DNA from: Vicinamibacteria bacterium
GTDB lineage: Bacteria > Acidobacteriota > Vicinamibacteria > Fen-336
Direction: 5' to 3'
Assembly: GCA_035577965.1 (NCBI GenBank)
Contig: DATJYX010000065.1
Location: forward strand, 22,322 to 86,321
Length of the DNA stretch: 64,000 nt
This document shows, piece after piece, positions 45,449 through 55,269 of this stretch. Made by a program: the position numbers and the translations under genes. Numbering within the stretch: position 1 is the first letter of the stretch; each line of letters opens with the position of its first letter. The notes beneath the pieces were generated by a model. That model ran no database searches, was not told where the DNA came from, and saw nothing but the letters and a program-made list of their open reading frames with translations.

Positions 45449-48010
45449 ATGAGACCTTCCGCCGGTAACGGCCTCTTCGTCTATCTTCTGGCCATGGCCG
45501 CCGCGGCTGCCGACGCCTCGGCCGGAGCACGGTCGAGCGCGACCCTCCACGAGGGCTGGACCTTCCGGCAGGTGGGCCGCGAGGAGTCCTACCCGGCGAA
45601 GGTGCCGGGAGTCGTGCACCTCGACCTGTTCCAGAACGGCCTCGTCGGGGACCCCTTCTACCGCGACTACGAGAAGGGCCTGCAGTGGGTCGGCAAGACC
45701 GACTGGGAGTACAGGACTGCGTTCGCCGTCGATCCCGCGACGCTCGCGCGGCCCAACGTCGAGATCGTCTTCGACGGCCTCGACACCTACGCGACGGTGT
45801 TCCTGAACGGCCGGGAGGTCCTGGCCGCCGACAACATGTACCGGCGATGGCAGGTGCCGGTCGCCGGGAAGCTGAAGGCGAAGGGCAACGACCTCAGGGT
45901 CGTCTTCCGCTCGCCCATCAACGAGGACCTGAAGAAGGTGACGGCCCGCGGCTACGAGCTGCCGGCGGTGAACGACCTGGCCGAGAGGACGAGCCCGTAC
46001 GCGCGCAAGGCGCCCTACAGCTTCGGCTGGGACTGGGGGCCGCGGTTCGTGACCTGCGGCATCTGGAAGCCGGTGCGGCTCCAGGCCTGGGACGACGCGC
46101 GACTCGTGGACGTGGCGATCCGGCAGAAGGAGCTGGGGAAGGACAGGGCGGCGCTCACCGCCGAGGTCGAGGTCCTCGCCGCGAAGGCCGCGGCCGGTGC
46201 CGCCCCGGAGGCCTCGCTGGAAGTGGCCGTCGAAGGCGGCGGCGCTCCGGCCACCGCCAGGATTCCCCTGAAGGCCGGCGCCACGACCCACTCCGTCCCG
46301 TTCGAGATCGCGAACCCGAGGCTCTGGTGGCCCAACGGCTACGGCGAGCAGGCGCTCTACACGGTGACGACGCGCCTCCTCGTGAACGGCCGGGTGGTGG
46401 ACGAGTCGAAGGACCGCCTCGGGCTGCGGACGCTGGAGCTGCGGCGGGCGAAGGACGAGTGGGGGACGAGCTTCGAGTTCGCGGTGAACGGCGTGCCCGT
46501 CTTCGCGAAAGGCGCCAACTGGATCCCGGCCGACAGCTTCCTCCCCCGGATCACGCGCGAGCGCTACGCGCAGCTCCTCGGCTCGGCGAGGGACGCCCAC
46601 ATGAACATGCTGCGGGTGTGGGGCGGCGGCATCTACGAGAGCGACGACTTCTACGAGCTGGCCGACGAGATGGGCCTCCTCGTCTGGCAGGACTTCCACT
46701 TCTCCTGCAGCCTCTACCCGGCGGACGAGAAGTTCCTGGCCAACGTCGCGGTCGAGGCGGAGGAGGCGATCCGCCGACTGCGCAACCACCCCTCGGTCGC
46801 GCTCTGGAACGGCAACAACGAGATGGAGGCGGGCTGGTTCTTCTGGGGCTGGAAGGAGCGCCTGCCGGGGTGGCTGTGGAACGACTACAAGGCGATCTTC
46901 CACGACCTGCTCCCGAAGGCGGTGGCGAAGCACGACCCGACGCGCGCCTACTGGCCGAGCTCGCCGAGCGCCAACCTCGAGGCCCCGGCCGGAGACCCCG
47001 GCAACGGCGACATGCACTACTGGGGGGTCTGGCACGCGGCGGAGCCCTTCGCCGCCTACGAGCGGCAGAAGACCCGCTTCATGAGCGAGTACGGCTTCCA
47101 GTCGTTCCCCGAGATGAAGACGATCCGGTCGTTCGCCCGCTGGGACGACCTCGCCATCGACTCGCCGGTGCTCACGAGCCACCAGAAGCACCCGCGCGGA
47201 AACCAGCTCATCCGCCAGTACATGCTCCGCGACTACCGCGAGCCGAAGGACTTCGCGTCGTTCCTGTACGTGAGCCAGGTGCTCCAGGCGGAGGGCATCA
47301 AGCTCGGGGCGGAGTACCTGCGCCGGTCGCGGCCGCGGACGATGGGCTCGCTCTACTGGCAGCTCGACGACTGCTGGCCGGTCGCCTCGTGGTCGAGCAT
47401 CGACTACTTCGGGCGCTGGAAGGCCCTGCAGTACTACGCGAGGCGCTTCTACGCGCCGGTCCTCGTGAGCACCTCCGAGGAAGACGGCCAGGTGGGTGTT
47501 CACGTCGTCTCCGACCTCATCTCACCCCTGAGCGGCGTCCTCGAGGCCCGGCTCCTCGACCTCTCGGGCGCGGTCCTGTGGGAGGAGAAGCGAGAGGTGA
47601 CGGTCGAGCCCCTGTCCAGCCGGAGGCTCCTCGTCGCGGAGAAGGCGAAGCTGCTCGAAGGGCGAGCGTCGGGAGGCGTCTTCCTGGAGGCACGGCTGGT
47701 CGTGGACGGGAGCGAGAAGGCGTCGAACACGCGGTTCTTCGTGCCGCCGAAGGACCTCGCCCTCCGGAAGCCGGAGATCTCGGTGGACGTCGGGCCGGGG
47801 GACGGGGGCCTGCGGGTGAGGCTCACGTCCGACACGCTCGCCCGCCACGTCCGGCTCGCCTACGACGCCGACGACGGGACGTTCTCGGACAACTACTTCG
47901 ACCTCGTGCCCGGCCGGGCCGTCGAGGTCGTGTACCGGCCGAAAGGGGCGGTCGAGGCGGAGGCCTTCCGCAAGGGCCTCGGTGTCGTCTCGATCCTGGA
48001 CGCGTTCTAG
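45449..48010 (+). CDS. Glycoside hydrolase family 2 beta-mannosidase, secreted
   Basis: Signal peptide; GWDWGP; WQDFHFSCSLYP; NGNNEMEAGW (catalytic Glu region). Confidence 0.75.
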   Translation: MRPSAGNGLFVYLLAMAAAAADASAGARSSATLHEGWTFRQVGREESYPAKVPGVVHLDLFQNGLVGDPFYRDYEKGLQWVGKTDWEYRTAFAVDPATLARPNVEIVFDGLDTYATVFLNGREVLAADNMYRRWQVPVAGKLKAKGNDLRVVFRSPINEDLKKVTARGYELPAVNDLAERTSPYARKAPYSFGWDWGPRFVTCGIWKPVRLQAWDDARLVDVAIRQKELGKDRAALTAEVEVLAAKAAAGAAPEASLEVAVEGGGAPATARIPLKAGATTHSVPFEIANPRLWWPNGYGEQALYTVTTRLLVNGRVVDESKDRLGLRTLELRRAKDEWGTSFEFAVNGVPVFAKGANWIPADSFLPRITRERYAQLLGSARDAHMNMLRVWGGGIYESDDFYELADEMGLLVWQDFHFSCSLYPADEKFLANVAVEAEEAIRRLRNHPSVALWNGNNEMEAGWFFWGWKERLPGWLWNDYKAIFHDLLPKAVAKHDPTRAYWPSSPSANLEAPAGDPGNGDMHYWGVWHAAEPFAAYERQKTRFMSEYGFQSFPEMKTIRSFARWDDLAIDSPVLTSHQKHPRGNQLIRQYMLRDYREPKDFASFLYVSQVLQAEGIKLGAEYLRRSRPRTMGSLYWQLDDCWPVASWSSIDYFGRWKALQYYARRFYAPVLVSTSEEDGQVGVHVVSDLISPLSGVLEARLLDLSGAVLWEEKREVTVEPLSSRRLLVAEKAKLLEGRASGGVFLEARLVVDGSEKASNTRFFVPPKDLALRKPEISVDVGPGDGGLRVRLTSDTLARHVRLAYDADDGTFSDNYFDLVPGRAVEVVYRPKGAVEAEAFRKGLGVVSILDAF

Positions 48011-48094
48011 TCCCCGCGCCTGGCTGGCGGGGAAGCCGTATCCCGGGGGCACCCGGGCGGAACAAGGGAGTGTGGGCCTCCCGGGTGGGGGCGT

Positions 48095-48703
48095 ATGCAA
48101 GATGGCGCCGCGGAAGCCGAGCTGCTCCTGAAGGCGGGCCGGGGAGACGAGGCGGCGTTCCTGCTGCTCTACGAGCGGCACCGAACGCCCGTCTTCCGGT
48201 TCGCCTGCCGGATGCTCGGGTCCGCGCCGCAGGCCGAGGACGTCACGCAGGAGTGCTTCCTGCAGATCCTCCGCCGGCCGGAGGCGTTCCGTCCGGAGCG
48301 GGCCTCGCTCCGGACGTACCTCTGCGCCATCGCGCGCCACTTGGCCCTGAAGCTCCTGCGGAAGCGGGGCCAGGAGACGGCGGTGGACGACCCTCCGGAG
48401 GAGGCTGCCGGGGGCTCGCTGGCCGCGGCCGGCCGGGATCCCCTGAGCACGGCGATCGACGCGGAGGCCGCGGAGATGGTGCGGGCGGCGGTCGAGGGAC
48501 TGCCGCCCCTCCAGCGCGAGGCGGTGGTGCTGTTCGAGTACCAGGAGATGAGCCTGGCCGACATCGCGGCGGTGTGCGACACGGACGTGGGGACGGTGAA
48601 GTCGCGGCTCCACCGCGCGCGTGAGCGCCTCCGGAGGACGCTCACGCCCCTGCTCCTGGGTGGCGCGCACGTGAAGCCGGCGGGAAGGGAGACGAGACCA
48701 TGA
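48095..48703 (+). CDS. ECF sigma factor
   Basis: Region 2 (EDVTQECFLQILR) and region 4 (MSLADIAAVCDTDVGTVKSRLHRAR). Confidence 0.85.
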   Translation: MQDGAAEAELLLKAGRGDEAAFLLLYERHRTPVFRFACRMLGSAPQAEDVTQECFLQILRRPEAFRPERASLRTYLCAIARHLALKLLRKRGQETAVDDPPEEAAGGSLAAAGRDPLSTAIDAEAAEMVRAAVEGLPPLQREAVVLFEYQEMSLADIAAVCDTDVGTVKSRLHRARERLRRTLTPLLLGGAHVKPAGRETRP

Positions 48704-49107
48704 CGCGCGACGAGTTGGACCCGGAGCGAGACGACGAGCTGCACCGCCTGCTCCAGCGCTGGAGCGCCCCGGTGGTTCCCGAGGGCCTGGACGATCGGGT
48801 GCTCGCCGCCTACCGCCGCGAGGTGGGCGCCCGCGAGGCGTGGTGGTCCCGGCTCTTCACGGGCAGCGTCCGCGTGCCCCTGCCCGTCGCGGTGGGCGTG
48901 CTGATGCTGTTGATCGTCACCGTGGCGCTCGCCCTCCGTCCGGCGAACGCGCCGCCCACCGCCGGGACGGCCGGTCCATCGGAGCCGGTGCAGGCGGCCC
49001 GCCACGTCGACGTGCCGGTGGTGTCGCGGACGAGCCTCGCCGGGTTCAAGCCGGTGACCGAGGTGACGGCCACCGTGGTCACCGACCGGTCGGAGACGCG
49101 CCAATGA
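48700..49107 (+). CDS. Anti-sigma factor, single-pass membrane protein
   Basis: ATGA overlap with the sigma gene; TM VPLPVAVGVLMLLIVTVALAL. Confidence 0.6.
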   Translation: MTRDELDPERDDELHRLLQRWSAPVVPEGLDDRVLAAYRREVGAREAWWSRLFTGSVRVPLPVAVGVLMLLIVTVALALRPANAPPTAGTAGPSEPVQAARHVDVPVVSRTSLAGFKPVTEVTATVVTDRSETRQ

Positions 49108-50276
49108 ACGCGAGGGCGGCGGCCTGGCTGGCGGCGGCGTGCCTCGCCGCCGCCGCCGCCCCGGCCGAGGAGCGGTTCGCGTTCGCGACGCTCGAGAACG
49201 GGGCGTCCATCGGCTTCGCCCTCGTGCGCACGGGCGAGACCGGCCCCTCGGAGACGATGGGGTCGGCGGCGCTGCCGCGCTCGAACTCGGTGAGCCGCGT
49301 GCTCTGGGACCGCGAGAGCGGCGCCTACTTCGGCTACCGGGTGGAGGTGGAGAGGAAGGACGGCCCCCGGCCGTTCCGGGTCTCCTTCAAGGCCCTGGAC
49401 CGCGGGGTGGTCGAGCGCGAGCTCAAGCAGCGCGGCGACTGCCCGGCCTGTCCCCCGCCCGCTCCCCTCGGGACCGGACCGCGATTCCCGGCCCCGCAGC
49501 TCCTCGCGGAAGGCGAGGCGCTCACCCTCGAGCTCCTCGCGAACCCGACGACCGGCGACCGCATCCTCGACGTGGTCCGCGTCTCGGGGCGGCCGGTCAG
49601 CGACGACGCGATGCGCACGGGCGCCGCGCGGGCGCTCGAAGGGCAGCAGGCCGTGCGCCGCGCCTCCGCCCACGTCGCACGGGGCCGCTACGGCGCCGCC
49701 GCCGAGGAGTACAGGAAGGCGCTCGACGTCGCGCCGAACGACGCGAGCGTGCACAACAAGCTCGGCGTCTGCTACCAGCAGCTCGGCAACGACGCCATGG
49801 CGCGGCGCGAGTACGACCGCGCGCTCGAGATCGATCCCGGCTACGCCGAGGCGTGGAACAACGTCGGCACCCTCGAGCAGGCCCGCCGGCGCTTCAAGGC
49901 GGCGGTGCGCGCGTACAAGAAGGCGATCGACGCGAAGCCCGGCCTCGCCACCCCGTGGAAGAACCTCGGCAACGCCTACCTCGCCCTCGACCAGGTGCAG
50001 GAGGCCTTCGAGGCCTACCAGGAGGCGTTCCGGCTCGATCCCACCATCGTGGAGAGCCAGGGCCCGGGCATCCCCGCCGCGGGCCTCGACGCCGCGACCC
50101 AGAGCTTCTATCTCGCGAAGCTCCTCGCCGCCAACAAGCAGAAGGACGCCGCGATCGAGTTCCTGCGGCGCGCGAAGGAGTCGGGCTTCCGCGACTTCTC
50201 GCGCGTCCGGTCCGACCCGGACTTCCGCGAGGTCGTCGCCGACCCTCGCTTCAAGGAGCTGGCCGGCTCGCAGTAG
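49104..50276 (+). CDS. Secreted TPR-repeat protein
   Basis: ATGA overlap with the anti-sigma gene; signal peptide; TPRs (AEAWNNVGTLEQARRRFKAAVRAYKKAIDAKP...). Confidence 0.75.
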   Translation: MNARAAAWLAAACLAAAAAPAEERFAFATLENGASIGFALVRTGETGPSETMGSAALPRSNSVSRVLWDRESGAYFGYRVEVERKDGPRPFRVSFKALDRGVVERELKQRGDCPACPPPAPLGTGPRFPAPQLLAEGEALTLELLANPTTGDRILDVVRVSGRPVSDDAMRTGAARALEGQQAVRRASAHVARGRYGAAAEEYRKALDVAPNDASVHNKLGVCYQQLGNDAMARREYDRALEIDPGYAEAWNNVGTLEQARRRFKAAVRAYKKAIDAKPGLATPWKNLGNAYLALDQVQEAFEAYQEAFRLDPTIVESQGPGIPAAGLDAATQSFYLAKLLAANKQKDAAIEFLRRAKESGFRDFSRVRSDPDFREVVADPRFKELAGSQ

Positions 50277-50333
50277 ACGTATCCCTGGACTCCTCCTCGG
50301 TCAACAACGGTCGAGAGCACACGAGGAGGAAGC

Positions 50334-51056
50334 ATGAGATCGAAGATCCTGGCGTTCTTCACGGCGGCCGTCCTCGCCGGCCTGCACGCCGCCGCGGCCG
50401 ACCTTCCCGCGCAGGCCCGCGGAACGACGACGCTCGACACGCTGCAGCGGGCGGAGCTGATGGTCGCCCGGCAGTCGTGGGACGCCGCCATCGACGCCTA
50501 CAAGGAGGCGATCGCCTCGAGCCCCGGCGACCCGACCCTCCGTATCCGGCTGGGCATCTGCTACCAGCGGAAGGGCGACGACAAGGCGGCCCGGGCGGCG
50601 TACCGCAAGGCGCTCGACCTGCGGAAGGACTACGCCGAGGCCTGGAACAACCTCGGCACGCTCGACCACTCGCGAGGCCGCTACAAGCAGGCGATCTCCG
50701 CCTACAGCAAGGCCATCAAGCTGCACCCGCAGGACGCCGTCTTCCACAAGAACCTGGGCGCGGCCTGGCTCGCCCGGGGCGACGCCGAGCGGGCGCTCGA
50801 GGCGTGGACGGAGGCCTTCCGGCTCGACCCCGCCACGTTCGAGAGCGACGCGGTCAAGGTCCCGGCGGCGGGGGTGACCCTCGCCGATCAGTACTACCTC
50901 TACGCCAAGCTGCTCGCTGCCCGCGGCGAGACCGAGAAGGCGCTCGAGTACCTGGTGAAGGCGCACGCGGCCGGCTTCCACGACTTCTCGAAGGTCGAGA
51001 AGGACGGCGCCTTCGCGACGCTCGTCGGCGATCCGCGCTACGCGGCGCTCAAGTAA
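50334..51056 (+). CDS. Secreted TPR-repeat protein, paralog of the C-terminal half of the upstream gene
   Basis: Collinear motifs: RLGICYQRKGD vs KLGVCYQQLGN; AEAWNNLGTL vs AEAWNNVGTL; AFRLDPATFES vs AFRLDPTIVES; KLLAARGE vs KLLAANKQ; AGFHDFSKV vs SGFRDFSRV. Confidence 0.75.
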   Translation: MRSKILAFFTAAVLAGLHAAAADLPAQARGTTTLDTLQRAELMVARQSWDAAIDAYKEAIASSPGDPTLRIRLGICYQRKGDDKAARAAYRKALDLRKDYAEAWNNLGTLDHSRGRYKQAISAYSKAIKLHPQDAVFHKNLGAAWLARGDAERALEAWTEAFRLDPATFESDAVKVPAAGVTLADQYYLYAKLLAARGETEKALEYLVKAHAAGFHDFSKVEKDGAFATLVGDPRYAALK

Positions 51057-51383
51057 TGCACCCCGAGGGACTCCGAAGGGACGGGTCCGGGGTGGATCCG
51101 ATGGACCTGAGAGAGTACTGAGACCCCTCGGGACCCGCCAGCAGGGGTCCCTCGGGAGCGAGGAGGCGGACGGCCGGGGAGGCCGCCCGCCCCCTCCACG
51201 TTTTCCGGTGGCGGTCCCGTCTTGAAGGGAGCCGTCGCCGCGCGGGGACCCGTGGGGAGCGGGCCTTCCGTCACGGGCGGGGCCGCACCGGCTCTCCGAT
51301 GATCCCCCCGGGGGAGCCCCCGCTGCCGGTGAGGAGGCGCACAGCGCCTCGCGATGTGTCCGGGATCACTCCCGGGCGGGCCT

Positions 51384-52496
51384 TCACGAGGGGAGCAACC
51401 TCTCGACCTCCTCGGCGATGGCGAGGGCCGCGGTGAGCCCCGGGGACTCGATCCCGACGAGGTCGACGAGGCCGGGGAGGCCGCGCTCCTTCTCCTCCGC
51501 GATGACGAAGTCGCGGGAGGGCTGACCGGGGACGAAGAGCCGCGGGCGGATCCCGGCGATGTCGGGCGCGAGGTCGCCGTCGGCGATCGCGGGCACGAGG
51601 CGGCGGATGGCGGCGCCGAACGCCTCCCGCTTCGCCTCGGCCACCGAGTAGTCCGGGCGGCGGTCGGGAGGGTCGGCGTCCGGCCCGAAGCGCAGCCGGC
51701 CGTCGAGGCCGAGCACGGCGTGGACGCCGAGGCTCACGTGGGTGGGCACGGGATACACGAGGCGGGAGAGGAGCCTCGCCGAGGCCCCCGAGACGGAGAA
51801 ATAGCTGCCCTTCCACCAGTGGAGGCGGTAGCCGGCGGCGTCCACGTCGATGCCGGCGCGTGCGGCCACGGTGTCCGCCTCGAGCCCCGCTGCGTTCACG
51901 ACCCGCTCGCTGGTCAGGGACTCGATCCCGTCGGGCGTCCGGACGTCGAGCCGGTAGTCGCGGTCGCGCCGCTCGGCCGCGACCAGCTCGGCGCGGGGCT
52001 GGAGGATCGCGCCCGCCCGGAGCGCCTCGCCGAGGAGGGCGTCCATGAGTCCGTGCGCGCTCACGATCCCGGTCGAAGGCGAGAAGAGGCCGGCCGTCGC
52101 AGGGACGTTCGGCTCGAGCCGGCGGCACTCGTCCGCGGTCAGCATCGCGAGCTCGACGCCGTTCGCGCGGCCGAGGGCGAGGAGCCGCTCGAGATCGGCG
52201 GTCTCCGCCGGGGCGGTGGCCACGATGAGCTTCGTGATCCGCCGGTGGGGAACGTCCAGCCGGCGGCAGAGCTCGTAGAGCAGGAGGTTCCCGCGGACGC
52301 AGAGCCGGGCCTTCAGCGACCCCGTGGGGTAGTACATCCCGGCGTGGATCACCTCGCTGTTCCGGCTCGACGTCTCCGTCCCGGGCCTCTCGTGCCGCTC
52401 GAGGATCACGAGGTCGGGGAAGCGCGGCGCGAGCCTCGCCGCCACCGCGAGGCCGACGACGCCGGCGCCGACCACGGTCAGGGAAGTGTCGGCCAT
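51384..52496 (-). CDS. FAD-dependent oxidoreductase (L-2-hydroxyglutarate oxidase/DAO family)
   Basis: VVGAGVVGLAVAARLA GxGxxG; DAO-family length. Confidence 0.7.
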   Translation of the reverse strand: MADTSLTVVGAGVVGLAVAARLAPRFPDLVILERHERPGTETSSRNSEVIHAGMYYPTGSLKARLCVRGNLLLYELCRRLDVPHRRITKLIVATAPAETADLERLLALGRANGVELAMLTADECRRLEPNVPATAGLFSPSTGIVSAHGLMDALLGEALRAGAILQPRAELVAAERRDRDYRLDVRTPDGIESLTSERVVNAAGLEADTVAARAGIDVDAAGYRLHWWKGSYFSVSGASARLLSRLVYPVPTHVSLGVHAVLGLDGRLRFGPDADPPDRRPDYSVAEAKREAFGAAIRRLVPAIADGDLAPDIAGIRPRLFVPGQPSRDFVIAEEKERGLPGLVDLVGIESPGLTAALAIAEEVERLLPS

Positions 52497-52553
52497 GGAG
52501 TCGGATCATAACCGGGCCGTCGTCCGGGACGATCCGGGCCGATAATCGCCCGT

Positions 52554-53810
52554 ATGCACCCGCTCCTCCTCCTCTTCGGCCTCCTGCGCCTGGCGCAGCA
52601 GGCCGTCGAGACCGCCCTCTCCCGCCTCAACCGCCGCTACGCGCTCGATCCCGCCCGGCTCGCGGCGGCGGGCCGCGCCCTCCGCATCGGAGACGCCGAC
52701 CTCGCGAAGGCCGTCGCCTACTCGGGCGACCGGCACCGCCTCGGCCTCGCCTACGGCTGGGCCGAGGTCACGGCGGTCCTCGCGTTCCTCGCCGCAGGCC
52801 TCCTCGGCACGGCCGAGGCGGCGGCGCGGCGCGTGGCGACGGCATCCGGCCTCGGCACGATCGCCACCGGGCTCGTCTTCTTCGCGATCCTCGGAGCGCT
52901 GGCCGCTCTCCTCGAGCTGCCCTTCGACCTCTACGCCACCTTCGGGATCGAGGAGCGGCACGGCTTCAACCGGCAGACGCTCCGTGGCTTCGTCTTCGAT
53001 CGCCTCAAGGGGGCCGCCGTCGCGGTCGTCCTCGGCGGGCCGCTCGTCGCCGCGGTGCTCTGGCTCATGGACCGCATGGGGTCGTCCTGGTGGCTCTGGG
53101 CCTGGGGCGTGACCACCGCCTTCAGCGTTCTCGCGGCCTGGATCTACCCGACCGTCCTCGCGCCCCTCTTCAACCGGTTCACGCCCCTGCCGGAAGGAGA
53201 CCTGCGGGCGGCGATCCTCGACCTCGCCCGCCGCACCGGCTTCCGCGCCGGAGGCATCTCGGTCATGGACGCCTCGCGCCGGACCGCCCACGGGAACGCC
53301 TACTTCACCGGCGTCTTCGGGCAGAAGCGGATCGTCCTCTTCGACACCCTCCTGGAGGCGGTGGGCCCGCGCGAGGTCGTCGCGGTGCTCGCCCACGAGC
53401 TCGGGCACTTCAAGCTGCACCACGTCCGGTGGGGGATCCTCCGCAGCGTCGCCGCGAGCGGTCTCCTCTTCTTCGCACTCAGCCGCTGCCTGCCCCTCTC
53501 GGCCTTCTACTCGGCCTTCGCGCTCGCGAGGACCTCGTACGGCGCGCTGGCCGTCTTCGGCCTGTGGTTCGGCCTCGCCGGCTTCCTGCTGCAGCCGTTC
53601 GAGAACGCCCTCTCTCGCCGGCACGAGTTCGCCGCCGACGCGTTCGCCCTGCGCTCGGGCGCGGCGGCCGTCGACCTCGGAGCTGCCCTCCGGAAGCTGA
53701 GCGAGAGGAGCCGGCACCTGCCGGTCAGTCACCCGCTCTACTCGCGCGTCTACCACTCCCACCCGCCGCTCCTCGAGCGCCTGCAGGCGATGGGGGCGGT
53801 CGAAGGCTGA
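52554..53810 (+). CDS. M48 family zinc metalloprotease (Ste24/HtpX-like), membrane
   Basis: HELGHFKLHH HExxH motif; multiple TM helices. Confidence 0.8.
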   Translation: MHPLLLLFGLLRLAQQAVETALSRLNRRYALDPARLAAAGRALRIGDADLAKAVAYSGDRHRLGLAYGWAEVTAVLAFLAAGLLGTAEAAARRVATASGLGTIATGLVFFAILGALAALLELPFDLYATFGIEERHGFNRQTLRGFVFDRLKGAAVAVVLGGPLVAAVLWLMDRMGSSWWLWAWGVTTAFSVLAAWIYPTVLAPLFNRFTPLPEGDLRAAILDLARRTGFRAGGISVMDASRRTAHGNAYFTGVFGQKRIVLFDTLLEAVGPREVVAVLAHELGHFKLHHVRWGILRSVAASGLLFFALSRCLPLSAFYSAFALARTSYGALAVFGLWFGLAGFLLQPFENALSRRHEFAADAFALRSGAAAVDLGAALRKLSERSRHLPVSHPLYSRVYHSHPPLLERLQAMGAVEG

Positions 53811-53817
53811 CCCCGGC

Positions 53818-55221
53818 TCAGCCGAGGAGCGCGGCCGCCTCCTCCTTGAGAGCGAGCACCGCGTCCCGCACCCGGTCGGCGTGAGTCCGGAAGCTGAGGA
53901 CGCAGATCCGGAGCGCGTAGCGGCCGCCGACGCGGGTGCTGGAGAGGAAGACGCGCCGGCGCGCGTTGACCCGGCGCAGCAGCTCGGGCCCGAGCCGCTC
54001 GGCCTCCGGCGCGCGGAGGCGGAAGGCCACGACCGAGAGCTGGGGCTCGTCGAGCATCTCGAACCGCGGGTCGTCCCGGAGCATCCCGAACCCCCATCGC
54101 GCGAGCGCCAGCTTCTCCGCGAGCTGCTCGCGGAAGGCGGCGACGCCGTGGAGGACGAGGGGCAGCCAGAGCCTGAGGCCGCGGAAGTCCCGCGACAGCT
54201 CGGGCGAGAGGTCGGCCGAGCCCAGCGAGCCCTCGTCGGTCACGTCCTGGACGTAGCTCGCGGTCCCCCGGTGGGCTCGGGTGAGCGCTCCGCCGTCGCG
54301 CACGAGGAGCGCGCCGAGGCCGTAGGGAAGGAAGAGGCCCTTGTGGGGATCGAGGGTGATCGAGTCGCACGCCTCGATCCCGGGCATCAGCGCTTCGCCT
54401 CCCGGAGCGAGCCGGAAGAAGCCTCCGTAGGCCGCATCGGCGTGGACCCAGAGGCCCTCGGCGCGGGCGATCGCGAGGATCTCGGGCAGGGGATCGACGG
54501 CGCCGGTGTTCGTCGTGCCGACGCTCGCCACGACCAGGAACGGCCGCCGGCCCCGGTCGCGGTCGGCACGGACGGCGTCCTCGAGCGCCTCCGGGACCAA
54601 CCGGAACCGGCGGTCGGTCGGCAGCGCGCGGAGGCTCGACCGCGGGAAGCCGGCGAGGCGGGCCGCCTTCGCCACGCAGTGGTGCGTCTCCTCGGAGAGA
54701 TAGATCACCCCGTCCTGGAAGTCCTCGTCGAGGCACTCCTCGCGCGCGGTGACGAGCGCGCTGAAGTTGGAAAGCGAGCCCCCGGAGGTGAGGATGCCCA
54801 GCGATCCGGGAGGCAGGCCCATCAGCGCGCAGAGCCAGCCGACCGCCGTCTCCTCGATCTGGGCGAGGGCCGGCGCCGCCGCGCTCACGCCCACGTAGCG
54901 GTTCGTGGCCGCGGCGACGAAGTCGGCCAGGGCCGAGGCGTAGACTCCGCCGCCCGGGACGTAGGCGAGGTAGCCCGGGCCGGCGGCGTTGTAGCTCTTC
55001 ACGATCGCGGCCTCGAGCCGTCCCAGGATCTCCTCGAGCGCCCGCCCCTCCTCCGGGACCGGCTCGCGGAACGACGCCCGCAGGGCGTCCACGCCGTCGA
55101 GGTCGTGCGCGGGCTGGGCATCGAGGCTCGAGACGTGGTCGAGGACGAGGCGGGTGACGGCGCTCGTCATCTCCTCGAGCCGCTCGCGGTCCGGCTCGAG
55201 GGGGAAGGAGGGCCGGGACAT
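53818..55221 (-). CDS. PLP-dependent group II amino-acid decarboxylase
   Basis: LDPHKGLFLPYG PLP-lysine motif; SGGSLSN. Confidence 0.8.
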   Translation of the reverse strand: MSRPSFPLEPDRERLEEMTSAVTRLVLDHVSSLDAQPAHDLDGVDALRASFREPVPEEGRALEEILGRLEAAIVKSYNAAGPGYLAYVPGGGVYASALADFVAAATNRYVGVSAAAPALAQIEETAVGWLCALMGLPPGSLGILTSGGSLSNFSALVTAREECLDEDFQDGVIYLSEETHHCVAKAARLAGFPRSSLRALPTDRRFRLVPEALEDAVRADRDRGRRPFLVVASVGTTNTGAVDPLPEILAIARAEGLWVHADAAYGGFFRLAPGGEALMPGIEACDSITLDPHKGLFLPYGLGALLVRDGGALTRAHRGTASYVQDVTDEGSLGSADLSPELSRDFRGLRLWLPLVLHGVAAFREQLAEKLALARWGFGMLRDDPRFEMLDEPQLSVVAFRLRAPEAERLGPELLRRVNARRRVFLSSTRVGGRYALRICVLSFRTHADRVRDAVLALKEEAAALLG

Positions 55222-55269
55222 GCGGGGATTCTGTCACGGTGCGCCCGGCGGTATGCTTGCGTCGGCGCC

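Noticed and set aside
41682-45530. 1282-aa ORF suggesting a single giant protein across the dihydropyrimidinase to ureidopropionase region
   Set aside because: The upstream portion is junk-like. Discrete genes with their own starts and SDs (43082, 44209, 45187) are supported.
50982-51121. Short ORF MHPEGLRRDGSGVDPMDLREY at the 3' tail of a long off-frame ORF
   Set aside because: No SD, lies in a convergent intergenic region, and is part of a spurious 660-aa frame.
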